Below, piece by piece: positions 36,816 to 49,537 of a stretch of 64,000 nucleotides of DNA. The notes below the pieces were generated by a model, which saw nothing but the letters and a program-made list of their open reading frames with translations, did not search any database and was not told the origin of the DNA. This stretch comes from Mustelus asterias. Its lineage: Eukaryota. The stretch is from positions 1,674,001-1,738,000 of the forward strand of contig NC_135830.1 of assembly GCF_964213995.1 (NCBI RefSeq), read 5' to 3'. Position 1 is the stretch's first letter. Each line of letters starts with the position of its first letter. The position numbers and the translations under genes were made by a program.

Positions 36816-37188
36816 TCAGTAAGAATTGTCAACTCGGATTAATCAGCACTTTCTAATTGGAGATGGTAATCAGTGAAACCTCTCAGATACTGAATTGTCG
36901 ACATTATACCACTGATCAATCTAGGATTGAAGTTAAAGTTCAGAATCTTATCGTAAACTAATTTCTGATAAGGGATTCTGAATTATGGGGAAAGATCACA
37001 TGCAGTGGTTCTTAAAGGGACACTGTAGCACCGAGAACACAATCAGCTATAGATCCATAGTATTAAACTCCAGCCCAGTTTCAGAGATTATAAACATGAG
37101 CAGAAACAAACCCCAACTGTCAGAATGAACATGATTCGATCCTGAATGCGATCAGCAGGAGCACGAACAGCAGAATCCAATTCTGCAC

Positions 37189-38778
37189 TCAATTGTGAAC
37201 TCGCTGGTGTGTCTGGAGGTTGGCTAACTGAGTGAATCCTTTCCCACACTGGGAGCAGGTGAATGGCCACTCCCCAGTGTGAACTCGCTGATGTACTTTA
37301 AGATTGGGTGAAGACCTGAATCCTTTTCCACAGGGAGCACAAGTAAACGGTTTGTCTTCGTCTGAATTCACTTGTGTACACTGAGGTTTGATGAAGACTT
37401 GAAACTCTTTCCATAGGAAGTAGAGGTGAATGGTCTCTTCCCAGTCTGAATGCGCTCGTGTGTTCATAGACCATAGGACCCAATGAATCCTTTTCCACAC
37501 TCGGAGCAGGTGAATGGTTTCTCCCCGGTGTGCAGTCGCTGGTGTCTCAACGGGTAGGCTGACTGAATGAATCCCTTCCCACACAAAGAGCAGGTGAATG
37601 GTCTCTCCCCAGTGTGAGCTGGCTGGCATACTTTGAGGTGGAATGAAGATCTGAATCCCTCTCCAGAGAAAGTGCAGTTGAATGGCCTCTCCTCAGAGTG
37701 AACTGTCTGGTGCTTCTGGAGGTCAGTGGATCTAATGAATCGTTTACCACATTCAGGGCAGTTGAATGGCCTCTCTCCAGTGTGAATTCGCTCGTGCCTC
37801 AGCAGGTAGGCAGACTGTGTGAATTCTTCCCCACACTCAGAGCAAGCGAATGGCCTCTTCCTTTTGTGAACCGACTGGTGTGTCAGTAGATTAGATAATT
37901 GAGACAATTTCTTTCCACATTTAGAGCAGGTGAATGGTCTTTCCTGGATGTGAATTCGCTGGCGTGTCAGCAAATGAGATAATTGAATGAAGTTCTTCCC
38001 ACACTCAGAGCAGGTGAGCGGTCTCTCTCCATTGTGAACTCGCTAGTGTACACTGAGGCTTGTTAAACACCTGAATCTCTCCTCCATGTGAATTCGCTGA
38101 TGCATTCGCAGGTCAGTGAACCCTTTCCCACAACTGGGGCAAATGAAAGGTTATTCTCCAGTGTGAGCCCACTGATGACTCAGCAGGTACGCTGACTGAA
38201 TTAATCCCTTCCCACACTCGAGCAGATGAATGGCCTCTCTCCAGTATGAACTCGCTGATGTACTTTCAGGTGGAATGAAGACCTGAATCCCTTTCCACAG
38301 AATGTACATCTGAATGGCTTCTCCTCAGTGTGAACTCGCTGGTATTTCATCTTCTCAGAGGGCCCAGTGACTCCATTCCCACATTCATGGCAGGTGAACG
38401 GCCTCTCTCCAGTATGTTCTCGCTGATGTATCCGCAGGTTCGAAAACTGAATGAATCCCTTCCCACATTCAGGGCAGATAAACGGTCTCTCCCCCGTGTG
38501 TTTTCGCTTGTGCGTTAACAGTTGGGATAACTGAGTGAATCCCCTCCCACGTTCGGGGCAGGTGAATGGTCTCTCTCCAGTGTGAGTGCGTTGATGGATT
38601 TCAAGCAGGGATTGAAATCATTTCGAGTATCCTCACATTTCTAAGGTTTCTCCATGCTGCCAGAATCCTTGGTTCTCTCCAGATTGGATGATCAGTTGAA
38701 GCCTCATCCACATACACAACACACATCCAGTTGCCCCTTTTGAGAATAGCGTGATTTTGTTTCCGGCTGTGTAACTCG
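37189..38778 (-). pseudogene. C2H2 zinc-finger gene C (~17 fingers, frameshifted)
   Basis: ORFs 37189-37629 and 37464-37973 plus upstream finger repeats; 5' end cut by a CR1 fragment. Confidence 0.9.
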
Positions 38779-38779
38779 A

Positions 38780-39150
38780 CAAAGAACAAACAACAAAGAA
38801 AATTACAGCGCAGGAACAGGCCTTTCGCCCCTCCAAGCCTGCACTGACCACGCTGCCCGACAGAACTAAGAGCCCCTATCCTTCCGGGGACCTTATCCCT
38901 CTATTCCCAACCTATTCATGTATTTGTCAAGATGTGCCTTAAAAGTCACGATCGTATCTGCTTCCACTACCTTTCCCAGCAGCGAGTTGTAGGCACCCCC
39001 ACCCGCTGTGCTAAAAACTTGCCTCGCACATCTCCTTTAAAGCTTGCCCCTTGCACCTTAAACTATGCTCCCGAGTAATTGATTCTTCCACCCTGACATA
39101 AAGCTTCTGACCAACCATTCTGTCCATACCCCTCATAGTCTTGTAAACTT
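38780..39150 (-). mobile_element. CR1 LINE 3' fragment
   Basis: CR1 ORF-end and 3' UTR on the minus strand with an AACAAAG-type tail on the plus strand. Confidence 0.75.
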
Positions 39151-39460
39151 CTACGAAATACATAAATAATTTGTCAATGGAATTTTAGATGATTCTTACA
39201 AGCCTAAATTAAGAAATACATAAATCATTTAAGAATGATTATTACAAGCCTACGTTCAGGAAAAAAAAAACAATAATGTAGTTTATGTTGATTCTTACAC
39301 GCCTAAGTAATTGCTTTAAACACCTTGGCAAAGTTTAATGGCTTAGTTGATGTATGCACGTCTCCTGTAAGCTGATGTGAACTACCTCTCTGACAGGTAT
39401 TTAGAATTCTGAGCAGTCTGTAAATCTAGTCATGTCAGTCAAGCATTCAGGACTACAGCT

Positions 39461-40518
39461 ATGAGCAATGAGTTTAATAATCTCTATTTCCCTTTTGCGG
39501 CTGTAGCATAGGCACAGACATCATAAACGAAGAGTCAGGCGGCATCTTCGCCGACGAGGAGGCAAAATAATTACTCACCCGTTAGAGTGCACAGGGAAAA
39601 AGCATAATATGAAATCGTTTCAGAGGGGATGTGCGCCAGGAGACTATGCTTCAGCAAGGAAGCAATGGGACATATTTGCGAAATGTTGACTGAAGACCTG
39701 AACCCCAACTCTCACTGCCGCAGTGCCTTAACAGTGGAGATGAAAGTCACAACAACACTGATTTTTTTGGCATCTGGGTCCTTCCAGAATGGCATCAGTG
39801 ACATTTACAACATTTCACAAAATGCTGCGAGGATGTGCATTCACCAGATAAATGATGCGATTCTTTGTTGGTGTTCTGAGTTTATTAATTTTGCTACATC
39901 CCCTACAAAGATGAAGGAGAGATCCATCATATTCCACAGGATTGCTGGTTTTCCAAGGGAATTGGAGCTGCTTGTGGAACACGTATTGCACTGAAGGCAG
40001 CTAAACATAACGCTGCTTCGTTTATCACCAGGAAGGGATTCTATTATTTAAATGGCATGATAGTGTGTGATGTACACATGAGGATCCTTTGTGTAAAGCC
40101 AAACAACAGGAGAGGTGACCATGACTCAATCGTTCTTGAGAGTTCAATGTTATATCTGGCCACGAGAACATCACCTGGAATTACAGGATGATTACTGGGT
40201 GATAAGGAATTCCCACAGAGAACATGGCTTATGACGCCATTGCGCAAGACCAACAATCAAACGCAGAAACGTCACAAACGTGCTCATGTAGCAACACCTC
40301 AGGTGGTGGAGAGGACAATTGGTGTACTGAAATCATGTTTTCGATGTCTGGACAGGTCAGCGAGCTCATTACAGTATGCACCAGAGATTGTTGCAGCGTT
40401 TTGTGCATTGCACAACTTTTCCCTCCAGCATGGACTGAACATTCACCCAGAAGATCAATTGCCAACGGTGATGGAGGAGTTGGAGGAGGGCAATGTGGAA
40501 CCTGATGGAGAAGCTTGA
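39461..40518 (+). pseudogene. Harbinger (HARBI1-like) DDE transposase, disrupted
   Basis: LIFLASGSFQ, IAGFP, GAACGTRI (GAIDGTHI with Asp lost), RKGFY.LN..IVCD, HDS, LLGDK, WLMTP, VERTIGVLK.CFRCL, LHNF across frameshifts. Confidence 0.87.
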
Positions 40519-40983
40519 GCTCCAGTTAACGCAGGGGCAGTTCGAGATCCTGGCGGATGCTACTTTTGGACACTAAGCCTTTAAAATATTTAGTTCACAT
40601 GACCAAACACTCCCCTTCCCTACCTTACATCCATTCTTCCATTCAAACCTCCATCCCCCTTACTGTCTTGTCTACAAAAAGACAGGAACCGTTTTGTTAA
40701 AGTAGAAAAGTATTGTTTATGGTGTTAAAGTTAGAAACTATATTTTAGTGCAAAGATTTTTAAGTTGAAGTTGTAATGTTACGTTAAATGTGAACATAGT
40801 TAATGTTTTCTAATAATACAATTACTTTTGTTGTTTGTTTAATGTTTGTTTTCAACTGAACATAACAAAATTGTACAATTTATTCAAACTTCAAAATGCA
40901 ACATTCAAATATGCGAATGCTAATTGAATGATTTAAATAAACATGGAAGAAATATGAAACACAAACAAATTAGAATAAGCAAT

Positions 40984-42336
40984 TTAAACGAAACATTCAC
41001 AAGAGGTTAGGGTTGTTGAGGTAGAGGTAGCAGTGTTGGAGGGAGAGGAAAGGGACCCTAATTCTTCCTGCGACGTCCAAGGGCCCTCCCCCATCCCTGA
41101 TAGAGCCGGGTGTTCCCCAGCGGCAACTGTCTCAGAATGGAGTGGCTCCTGGTCAGAGGGTGCAGTAGCCGATGTCACCACTTTATCTATTATCTGCTGA
41201 AGGAGCTCATGCTGTCTCAGCAGCTCAGTCGGCTGCATGTAACTCTATACCAGCAGCTGGTTCTGCCGCACCGAAATCCCATGATGCTGTCTCAGCAGCT
41301 CATTTGCAATTTGGAGCTACTGAGAAACATTACTAAGGGCTAAAGCTTGTCTCCTTCCAGTTTTAGCATAACATTCAGCCAACATCGTTACTACTTCACA
41401 CATGTTATTAATAACCACTCCTACATTCTCAATGACTGTAAGAAGCAGAGGTTCTGGAGGTTTGGAGACTTCCTCTGTCACTAACGAAGGCTCCTCACCT
41501 CAATTACAGAAGCTATGTCACCGCAGGCCTCACCCTCCCTAACCACTTGATCACTCTGCACATCATTAGCAATATCGAAGTATTCATCAGCCTGCAAGCC
41601 TTCCTATTCGTCAGCTAAAGCCTCAGTGCTGCACTGCTGTGATGTACCGTCGTCCCTTACATCACCAGCAGGTATATTTAGTGCGGCCTGACTCTCAGCC
41701 ATATTCTGATCTGCTATCACCATGACATCTGTGAAAGTTGAAAAAAAATATTATTTTCGCATCATAGCAACTGGCTTGTATATGTAATCAGTGAGCTTTT
41801 TATCTTACCTTGACAAAACCCAATATCCCCACCATCACATACTCCGTAAGTTGAGAAACACAGCAGGTGCCAAGCATGTTCCTCCTGTGGAGTGAGTTGG
41901 TTAATGTTCGCCAGTCTGCCTCCGTTCAGTGAACAGGTCCCGGGTACTATGTGCCTTTGTTGCCTGCAGAAAAGAAATTGAAATGACTTTAAACATCTTG
42001 CTATCAACCTGTAGGTCAGTAACAGCTAAAACCAATTCGCCCCGGGGCCATTTTTGCAACCTCCAAAGTAACTGCATTCTATGACCCTCTTCAGGTTCTA
42101 TCCACGCCCATTGAAACAAAAATAAAATTGTGCTGCAAATCTGGAAAGTAAACATAAATTTCTTGACATATCGCGCATGTATTCTTTGAACGGTGGCTAG
42201 AGATATTGTCAAATCTGCTGGATATTTCGAGAATATCCTGTTTCATTAAACATTGTGAATAAAAGATAACCTCCCTGACATGCAGCAGCTCATGCTTTCC
42301 CTCGCCACGTTGAGCTGGCCCTATGCACACTGACAT
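40984..42336 (-). pseudogene. Harbinger Myb/SANT-like accessory gene (multi-exon, disrupted)
   Basis: ERRQTG...LTPQEE...GDIG motif typical of Harbinger ORF2; donor near 41808 and acceptor near 41730; coiled-coil-like C-terminal exon. Confidence 0.6.
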
Positions 42337-43334
42337 AAACTAGGCTAAATGGGATCTAATGTGCTCTGAGTGTAAAAGTGTGTGGTACTGTATCTGTGCA
42401 GATTGAATGTAAGTGACTGAACAATATCTGTGCACACTGGATGCAAGCACTTATCGACTTTGAATGTGTCCCCGCTGCTCCTTTCCAGCAAATCTGTAAC
42501 CGTGCCGAACTGGACATTACAGACTGACTATTGGCTCCCTTGAACTGATACAACTGCACCAGAATATACGTTGCTGAAATAGGGATCACTTCACTGAATA
42601 TAACTGTGCTGACCTGGATTTGGATTGGTGCATACTGACTGTATCAGTGCAGACGTGAACCTGACACATTGAATTGTAACATGCTCCAGTGGTCCTGACT
42701 CGGCCTCTGTACAACCGTGCTGGATGAAACTGCACATGGTCAAAGTAACGGCCCTGGTTGTAACTATCAACACAGCGAACAACCACACTGAACTGGATCA
42801 CTTGATCCAGAATTTAAACTCACTGAACACCAGCTGTAAATGCCCGATGTAAGTCCCCTGCACTGGTCCTGTTCGGCATAAATACACAAATTCAGAGCAA
42901 TCAAAAATTGCGTGCCACACTATCATATGGCGAGTATAATGACGGGGATGGAATCTTCACTGTACTTCCTTTTAGGACTAGACTATCTCTGCTCGGTTTT
43001 CATTTGCGCCAAGAAAATTTAACTCAGCAACTTTCTTTTCACGACGCTCAATCTCGCTCTTTAGATTTTACTTTCAGTGAAAGTTTGCAACTCGAACAAT
43101 CCCGCACCCTCCGAATGTTCCTCAAAGAAACCGTGTGAGTATCCTGAAAAAAAAAATCCAATCCATCGAAACATAAACATGATCAGGTAGTAGAATCATT
43201 CATCCAATAGCTTCAAATAACTTAATTAAGGTGGAAGAACAAAACAAACCGTCCTGTCCCTCGAGCACTACAATAATTATAAGTGGTGCAGGGATTCAGT
43301 GCATTGGAGAACACACTCGACAATACTGATCGAG

Positions 43335-43404
43335 ATGCACGCAGCACCAAGTGGTCTCTTCTTTGCCATTTTCTATCCCGTCATAGCCGCTACAGGAGTC
43401 CCAG
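43335..43404 (+). CDS. GPR139-like class A GPCR, coding exon 1 (MHAAPSGLFFAIFYPVIAATGVP)
   Basis: 70 nt, phase-1 donor G|GTGAAG; splices in frame to 44662 giving the TM1 motif GVPAN. Confidence 0.85.
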
Positions 43405-44661
43405 GTGAAGTATTTTGAAGTATTTAGTTATCAGTATGTTAATCATTGTTTAACAGTATTGCAGTTCTTTTTCGCCAGCAGCGTTTCCGAATGGAACCAA
43501 TATCCTTTTCCCCTTTTACCAGTTAGTTTCTCCAAATTGTTGTGAAAACTGCTCCAGATTGATTGGTTTAATGTATCCGCAGAATCATATTTTCCCAATT
43601 TAGAATCATAGAAACCCTACAGTGCAGAAGGAGGCCATTCGGCCCATCGAGTCTGCACCGACCACAATCCCACCCAGGCCTTACCCCCACATTTAATGTT
43701 ATAAATTATCAATTTCGATTATATGGAGTCATTCTTCCCTTTATTGACGTGCTCAATCCTCATTGCTGGTATGCTTTTTTATTCGGCACTTTAAACGTGC
43801 CCTTTCTCTCATTCATTGCCATGGCTTCTTCATATTGCCGGTATATTTTCTCCTATTTAACGTTAAAATGACTTCCCTTTACCAATGCAATTCCATCATT
43901 TTTAATTGTATAGCTTCTCCCACATAATTATCCAGTGTACCAATTTGAATTTTGTTGTTGATATTGATCCTGCCGGTGCATTGTCACAGCGATACAATAG
44001 TACATAGGTACCTAGATGGTATTGCGATGCAAGTCAATCTTTCCATTTCAGTGAAATTAAAATAATGCAGATGATACCTGAAATTAGAACAAAACGTTTT
44101 AATTTCAGATCTGAAAACGTCAGCAGGCCTGGCAGTATTTGGGCAGATAGAGAAAATGTTACCATTTCCAGTCTTATTCCTCTTGCTCTGAGCGTGTTTA
44201 GCTAATTGTCTTTTTCCTGTGATTTCCTTTTTGTACCGAAGTGAAGTACTTTGTTTTTCTCCATGCTGTCTTTCTCGCTGAACTCAAGGTCCAGATAAAA
44301 TTAGTTCCCCATGAATTTACAGTGCCTGGGACTGTCCTTGTCTTCCATCTACTCGGAGATTCAATGATCGTACAATTGATATATTTGGTGGAGTAGGGCC
44401 ACAAATTCAAAAATTCAATACTCACAGTTCAAATGACCCAGTACCCTCACTGGGGTTGCAGTGTATGCAGAACGGACGGATTTTCGCAATTTAGGAGGGA
44501 TGTTTCTCTTGTGGAACAGAAAGGTCATTCACACAGAATTTTAAAAAAACTTGCTCTCGTTTTGATTTTAGCAATAGCGCTCAAAGGTGTTATCATTACC
44601 GAAATTTCAACTGTGTATTTTTCCCTCAACTAATTATTCAGGCTATGTTTCTCTGTTACAG

Positions 44662-45572
44662 CTAATCTGGCAGTGATTCTGATCCTATCTCGAGGAAGAT
44701 ACGGTCTCTCCAGATGTATCACTTACTACCTGGTATCCATGGCGGTGACAGATCTTCTGGTCATTATCACCTCTGTGATATTAAACAGAATTGTGGGTAT
44801 TTATTTCCCAACCAGTTTCCTCTCAATCACTCCAGTCTGTAGCCTCAGTCTTGCAATGATTTATGGGACCAGGGATTCTTCCGTCTGGGTAACTGTTGCT
44901 TTCACCTTTGATCGTTTTGTCGCCATTTGTTGCCAGAAAATGAAAACCAGATATTGTACCGCGAAAACGGCGGCGGTTGTCATTGGAACGGTCTGTGCTT
45001 TGGGCTACGTGAGAAACATCCCTTGGTACTTTGTTTATGAGCCTGCTTATGTTGTTAACAATACACCCTGGTTTTGCAGCGCCAAACCGATATTTTATAC
45101 GTCAGTTGCATGGGCTGCATTTGACTGGATTCTCGCCATTTTAACTCCCTGGCTCCCTCTAATTCTGATTTTACTGCTCAACGCTCTGACGGTCAGACAC
45201 ATTCTAGCAGCCAGTATATCACGCAGGAGACTCCGCACTCAGAACAGTGGACAGGATCAGGCTGACCCCGAGATGGAAAGGCGAAGGAAATCTATTGTTT
45301 TACTGTTTGCAATCTCGGGCAGTTTCACCCTCTTATATTTGTCATATTTTATCAATATCATTTACGTCCGAATTGCGAATGTTCCTTATTTCTCAGGTTC
45401 TGATTCTGCTGAATCAGCATTTAGCCTGGAGGAAATCGGATATATGCTACAGTTTTTGAGTTCGTGCATCAACCCGTTTATTTATGCAGGTACCCAGAGT
45501 AAAATTAGAGAAGATTTGAAGAATTGGGCCACATATCCATTGACACTGGTTGTCACAATATTTAATTGGTGA
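44662..45572 (+). CDS. GPR139/GPR142-like GPCR, coding exon 2 (spliced product 326 aa, intact)
   Basis: Acceptor TGTTACAG; MAVTDLLV (TM2), AFTFDRFVAICC (DRF), SSCINPFIY (NPxxY); seven hydrophobic segments; no stops. Confidence 0.92.
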
Positions 45573-45929
45573 AACCAATAATATTCAACATGAATTGTGC
45601 ACCGTGTACAATTACTTCCTCCGCCGCCGCCTCCCCTCCCAGGTGCATAGCCACTCCCTTTGACATCCTTACTCTCTCTATTTTTAAAAATACATTTAGA
45701 AGACATTTTGCAGCAGCATATAATTATTTAGTGTTTGCAGCAGCATATAATTATTTAGTGTAGCCGGTCTAAATCAGTTTATCATCTCTTCCCCACTGCT
45801 GACGCACAGTGCATATATTCCAAGAGTCCAAAATACCTCCTTGGACTAGACAGAGTAGGCCTGTCCTATTGAGATAATGCTACTGATATTTTAGGGTTTT
45901 CTATTGACTGGAACTAACATTTACAGAAC

Positions 45930-46190
45930 CATACATAGAAAATAGAAGCAGCAACAGGTCAATTGGCCCTCCGAGTCTGTTCCACCATTTATTATTATCA
46001 TGGCTGATCATGAAATTCAATAACCTGATCCCCATCCCCCATATCTCCTTCCCCTTTACCCCCAAGAGCTAGATCTATTTTTTTTTGAAATTACACAAAG
46101 TTTGGGCTCAGCTACTTTCTGTGGTAGTGGATTCGAGGTAATCACAACTCTCTGGGTGAAGATTATTTTCCTCACCTCATTCCTACAAGG
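45930..46190 (-). mobile_element. CR1 LINE 3' fragment
   Basis: RKIIFTQRVV motif and 3' UTR on the minus strand. Confidence 0.7.
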
Positions 46191-46964
46191 GGTAGATAAC
46201 TTAGGAATGTTTTCGTCTGCCAATTTAGTCCAATCTCTGTGTTGCTGTCGAGTGATCACCTGTCTTTTGAGAGAATGTAATCAACCTACTAACTCGCCCA
46301 TACACTGAAACACTCCTTCTCTGCCAATCCCAAGTTCTCCAGTTCCTATTATCACATCCTCTGGGAGCCACATTGCCCTACCTGTCATCAGTTCAAAAGT
46401 ACAGACAGACCAGACAGATTGCGAGAGACATTGACAGTCATGAACTTGCTCTGTCTACTGTCCAGTTCATTCGACACGTCCAAGCTTCTTGCTGGTCACC
46501 CACCAGCAGATCGGCCGCTGGTGCTGCTCTCGCGAATTCTGCCTTGTCCTCTACTTGGCTTGGATTGCAACGTTCACACCGACCCTCAATGGCGCGGGTG
46601 TGGCTCTCTGTCGTAATAATGTTGTATCAGCTCGATATGTGGATGGAATAGTATTGAAACCGTTTTTTATTCCTAACATTCAACACAATTATCTTAAGCC
46701 TCTCCCTGTGAAATGAGTTCCTTGACCTGAGTCTAACTGAAGAGGCATTCCCCATCTAGGTGTTGTTTCATTTGCCAATATCAAAGCTATGATTTTGACT
46801 TTACATGGAAATGCTTTAACTCATCGAGTAAATTGATCAATGATAACTGAACAATCGCTCTTCCCTTTCACTCGAGGTAATGGTCCTATAAAATCCGTTT
46901 GCAAATATCTCCATCGTCCTTTGGGTCTTGTCTAGTATCCCATTGTTACCTTGGAGTGATGACC

Positions 46965-47992
46965 CGCAGGGATCGGTACTGGGGCCTCAAATATTAACCA
47001 CTTATATAGACGATCTGGAGGAGGGGACTGAGTGTAGGGTAACAAAGTTAGCAGACGGCACAAAGATAAGTGGAAAAGTGAATCGTGTGGAGGGCGTAGA
47101 AGGTCTGCAGAGAGATTTGGACAGGCTGAGTGAGTGGGCGAGGAACTGGCAGATGGGGTATAACGTTGACAAATGCGAGGTTATTCACTTTGGAGGAAAT
47201 AATAGCAAATTGGACTATTATCTAAATGGAAAAAAATTACAACATGCTACTGTGCAAAGGGAACTGGGGGTCCTTGGGTCCTTGTGCATGAAACGCAACA
47301 ACCCAGTCTGCAGGTGCAACAGGTGATCAAGAAGGCAAATGGGATGTTGGCCTATATCGCAAGGGGGATAGAATATAAAAGCAGAGATGTCTTGCTGCAT
47401 CTGTACAGGGCATTGGTGAGGCCGCAGCTGGAATACTGTGTGCAGTATTGGTCCCCTTATTTGCGGAAGGATATATTGGCCTTGGAGGGAGTGCAGAGAA
47501 GGTTCACCCGGTTGATACCAGAGATGGGGGGTGTTGATTATGAGGAGAGACTGAGCAGATTGTGTTTGTACTCGTTGGAATTTAGAAGGCTGAGGGGGAT
47601 CTTAGAGCGACCTATAAGATAATGAAGGGGCTGGATAGGGTAGAGGTAGAGAGATTATTTCCACTTAGAAAGGAAGCTAGAACTAGAGGGCACAGCCTCA
47701 AAATAAAGGGGGGTCAGTTTAGGACAGAGTTCAGGAGGAATTTCTTCTCGCAGAGGGTGGTGAATCTCTGGAATTCTCTGCCCACTGAAGTCGTGGAAGC
47801 TACCTCGTTGAATATGTTTAAATCACGGATAGATGGATTCCTGATCGGTAAGGGAATTAGGGGTTATAGGGATCAGGTGGGTAAGTGGAACTGATCCACT
47901 TCAGATCAGCCATGATCTTATTGAATGGCGGGGCAGGCTCGAGGGGCTAGATGGCCTACTCCTGCTCCTATTTCTTATGTTCTTATGTTCTT
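46965..47992 (+). mobile_element. CR1 LINE inserted into the ERV2 integrase, with ATGACC target-site duplication
   Basis: ATGACC at 46959-46964 and 47993-47998; tail (TTCTTATG)n; removal restores the in-frame minus reading QPGHHSKVTM. Confidence 0.9.
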
Positions 47993-49211
47993 ATGACCTG
48001 GTTGCACTTGGGCGCAATGTATAAACCTTTGATAGAATGTGGCTATCATTTCTCCCATTCCCTTCCACTACCAATGATTTCCAATTCAATTGGCCATTTT
48101 GGCTCTGCCTGATACAACTTCTCCATGATACAACTTTGATATTTTTTGTTGTATTGCTTCTGGTGCTATTATTTTCCCTTCTCATACTCCTCGTTGAACT
48201 TTTAGACCCCCTTGGTTTTCCCCTTTATGCTCCTCCTCTTTCAAAGATTGTTCTGGTACTTGCCTGACATCAATGTCTTGATCATCACTTATTTACAATG
48301 TTGCCACAGGTGCTCTTTGTGTTCCTTCCAAATTTTGTTCATACAAATCTTTAGCTGCCCTGTCTGCTTGGCTGTTTCCTTTTTGGGCCTGACTTTCAAT
48401 TTTATTATCTGCCTGTACTTTGATTACTGTTACTTCTAAAGAATTTTGGGTTGCTTTGATTGGATTTTTATTCAGGCTTGCTGTACGTGCCCTCCGCTTG
48501 AGGTCATAAAACCTTGCATTTTTCCAGCTGTCATATAGTTATGAAATACTCCAAAAGTATATCGATTGCCTGCATAGGTGTTCGCTCGTTTTCCTGTACA
48601 CCATTCTGAAGTTAACGTCTCTGCAACCTGTACTGAATTACCTCCTGCAATGCGTTCTCCTGCAATCACTTTTCCTTCATTACTTACCACTGCTCATGCT
48701 GCACGGGATCCACCATTCACATACTTTCTAGCCCTATCTACGTACGGATTAATCACACCTTCACCTGTGAGTGGTTCTTCTGCTAAACATTCACTTGTTT
48801 CTTTATTGACATCTGCCACACATTCATATTCTATTCCTGGCACTGGCAATCCTCCTGCAGATTTCTCCCTTACGTCTCTCATGATTTTGAAATGTTTGTT
48901 TCCTAGCAAAAGACTTGCTTCCCAGTTTGAACGTCTTCCATCAGAAACACCTTTAAATCTTCCTGCTGACAAAAGATGCACAGTTGTGAGTGGGCCTTGG
49001 AAAATTATTTTTGCCATCAAGGTGAATGTTTCTGAAACACGTATTGCCCATGAGGTGCATGTCAGTTCCCTCAAACATTGATGCATACTTCTAGCAATGA
49101 GGCTGGGCGGAATAGTCCCACACTCCTCTTAATTTGTCTCCACGTTGTCGGGTTATTACTGCGGCTTGCATTCCACCTTTTTCCTGACAATGTGAAATTG
49201 TTCAGTGAGAT

Positions 49212-49537
49212 CATCATAGAAATCATAGAAACCCTACAGTGCAGAAGGAGGCCATTCGGCCCATCGAGTCTGCACCGACCACAATCCCACCCAGGCCCTA
49301 CCCCCACATATTTACCCGCTAATCCACGCATCTCAGAACTCTAAGGGGCAATTTTTAACCTGGCCAATCAACCTAACCTGCACATCTTTGGAGGAAACGG
49401 GAGCACCCGGAGGAAACCCACGCAGACACGAGGAGAATGTGCAAACTCCACACAGACAGTGACCCGAGCCGGGAATCGAACCCGGGACCCTGGAGCTGTG
49501 AAGCAGCAGTGCTAACCACTGTGCTACCGTGCCGCCC
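49212..49537 (-). mobile_element. Young HE1-type V-SINE inserted into ERV2 pol
   Basis: Near-identical to 8375-8712; flanks rejoin as ALGLPD-LTEQFH in the pol connection region. Confidence 0.9.

Larger units (their letters stand above)
39155..42350. mobile_element. Degenerate PIF/Harbinger DNA transposon (convergent transposase and Myb/SANT-like genes); TIRs not found
   Basis: Plus transposase and minus intron-containing Myb-like gene separated by an AT-rich spacer (40560-40980); three GATT(C/A)TTACA(A/C)GCCTA repeats at 39190-39305. Confidence 0.8.

Noticed and set aside
42900-43140. Right terminal inverted repeat of the Harbinger element
   Set aside because: This stretch is homologous to the upstream region of the second GPCR block (~58230-58500), so it belongs to the GPCR unit; no TIR pair identified.
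45707-45760. 27-bp perfect tandem duplication 3' of the GPCR (similar 15-bp duplication near 2155-2186)
   Set aside because: Ordinary slippage-type duplication with no evident functional signal.
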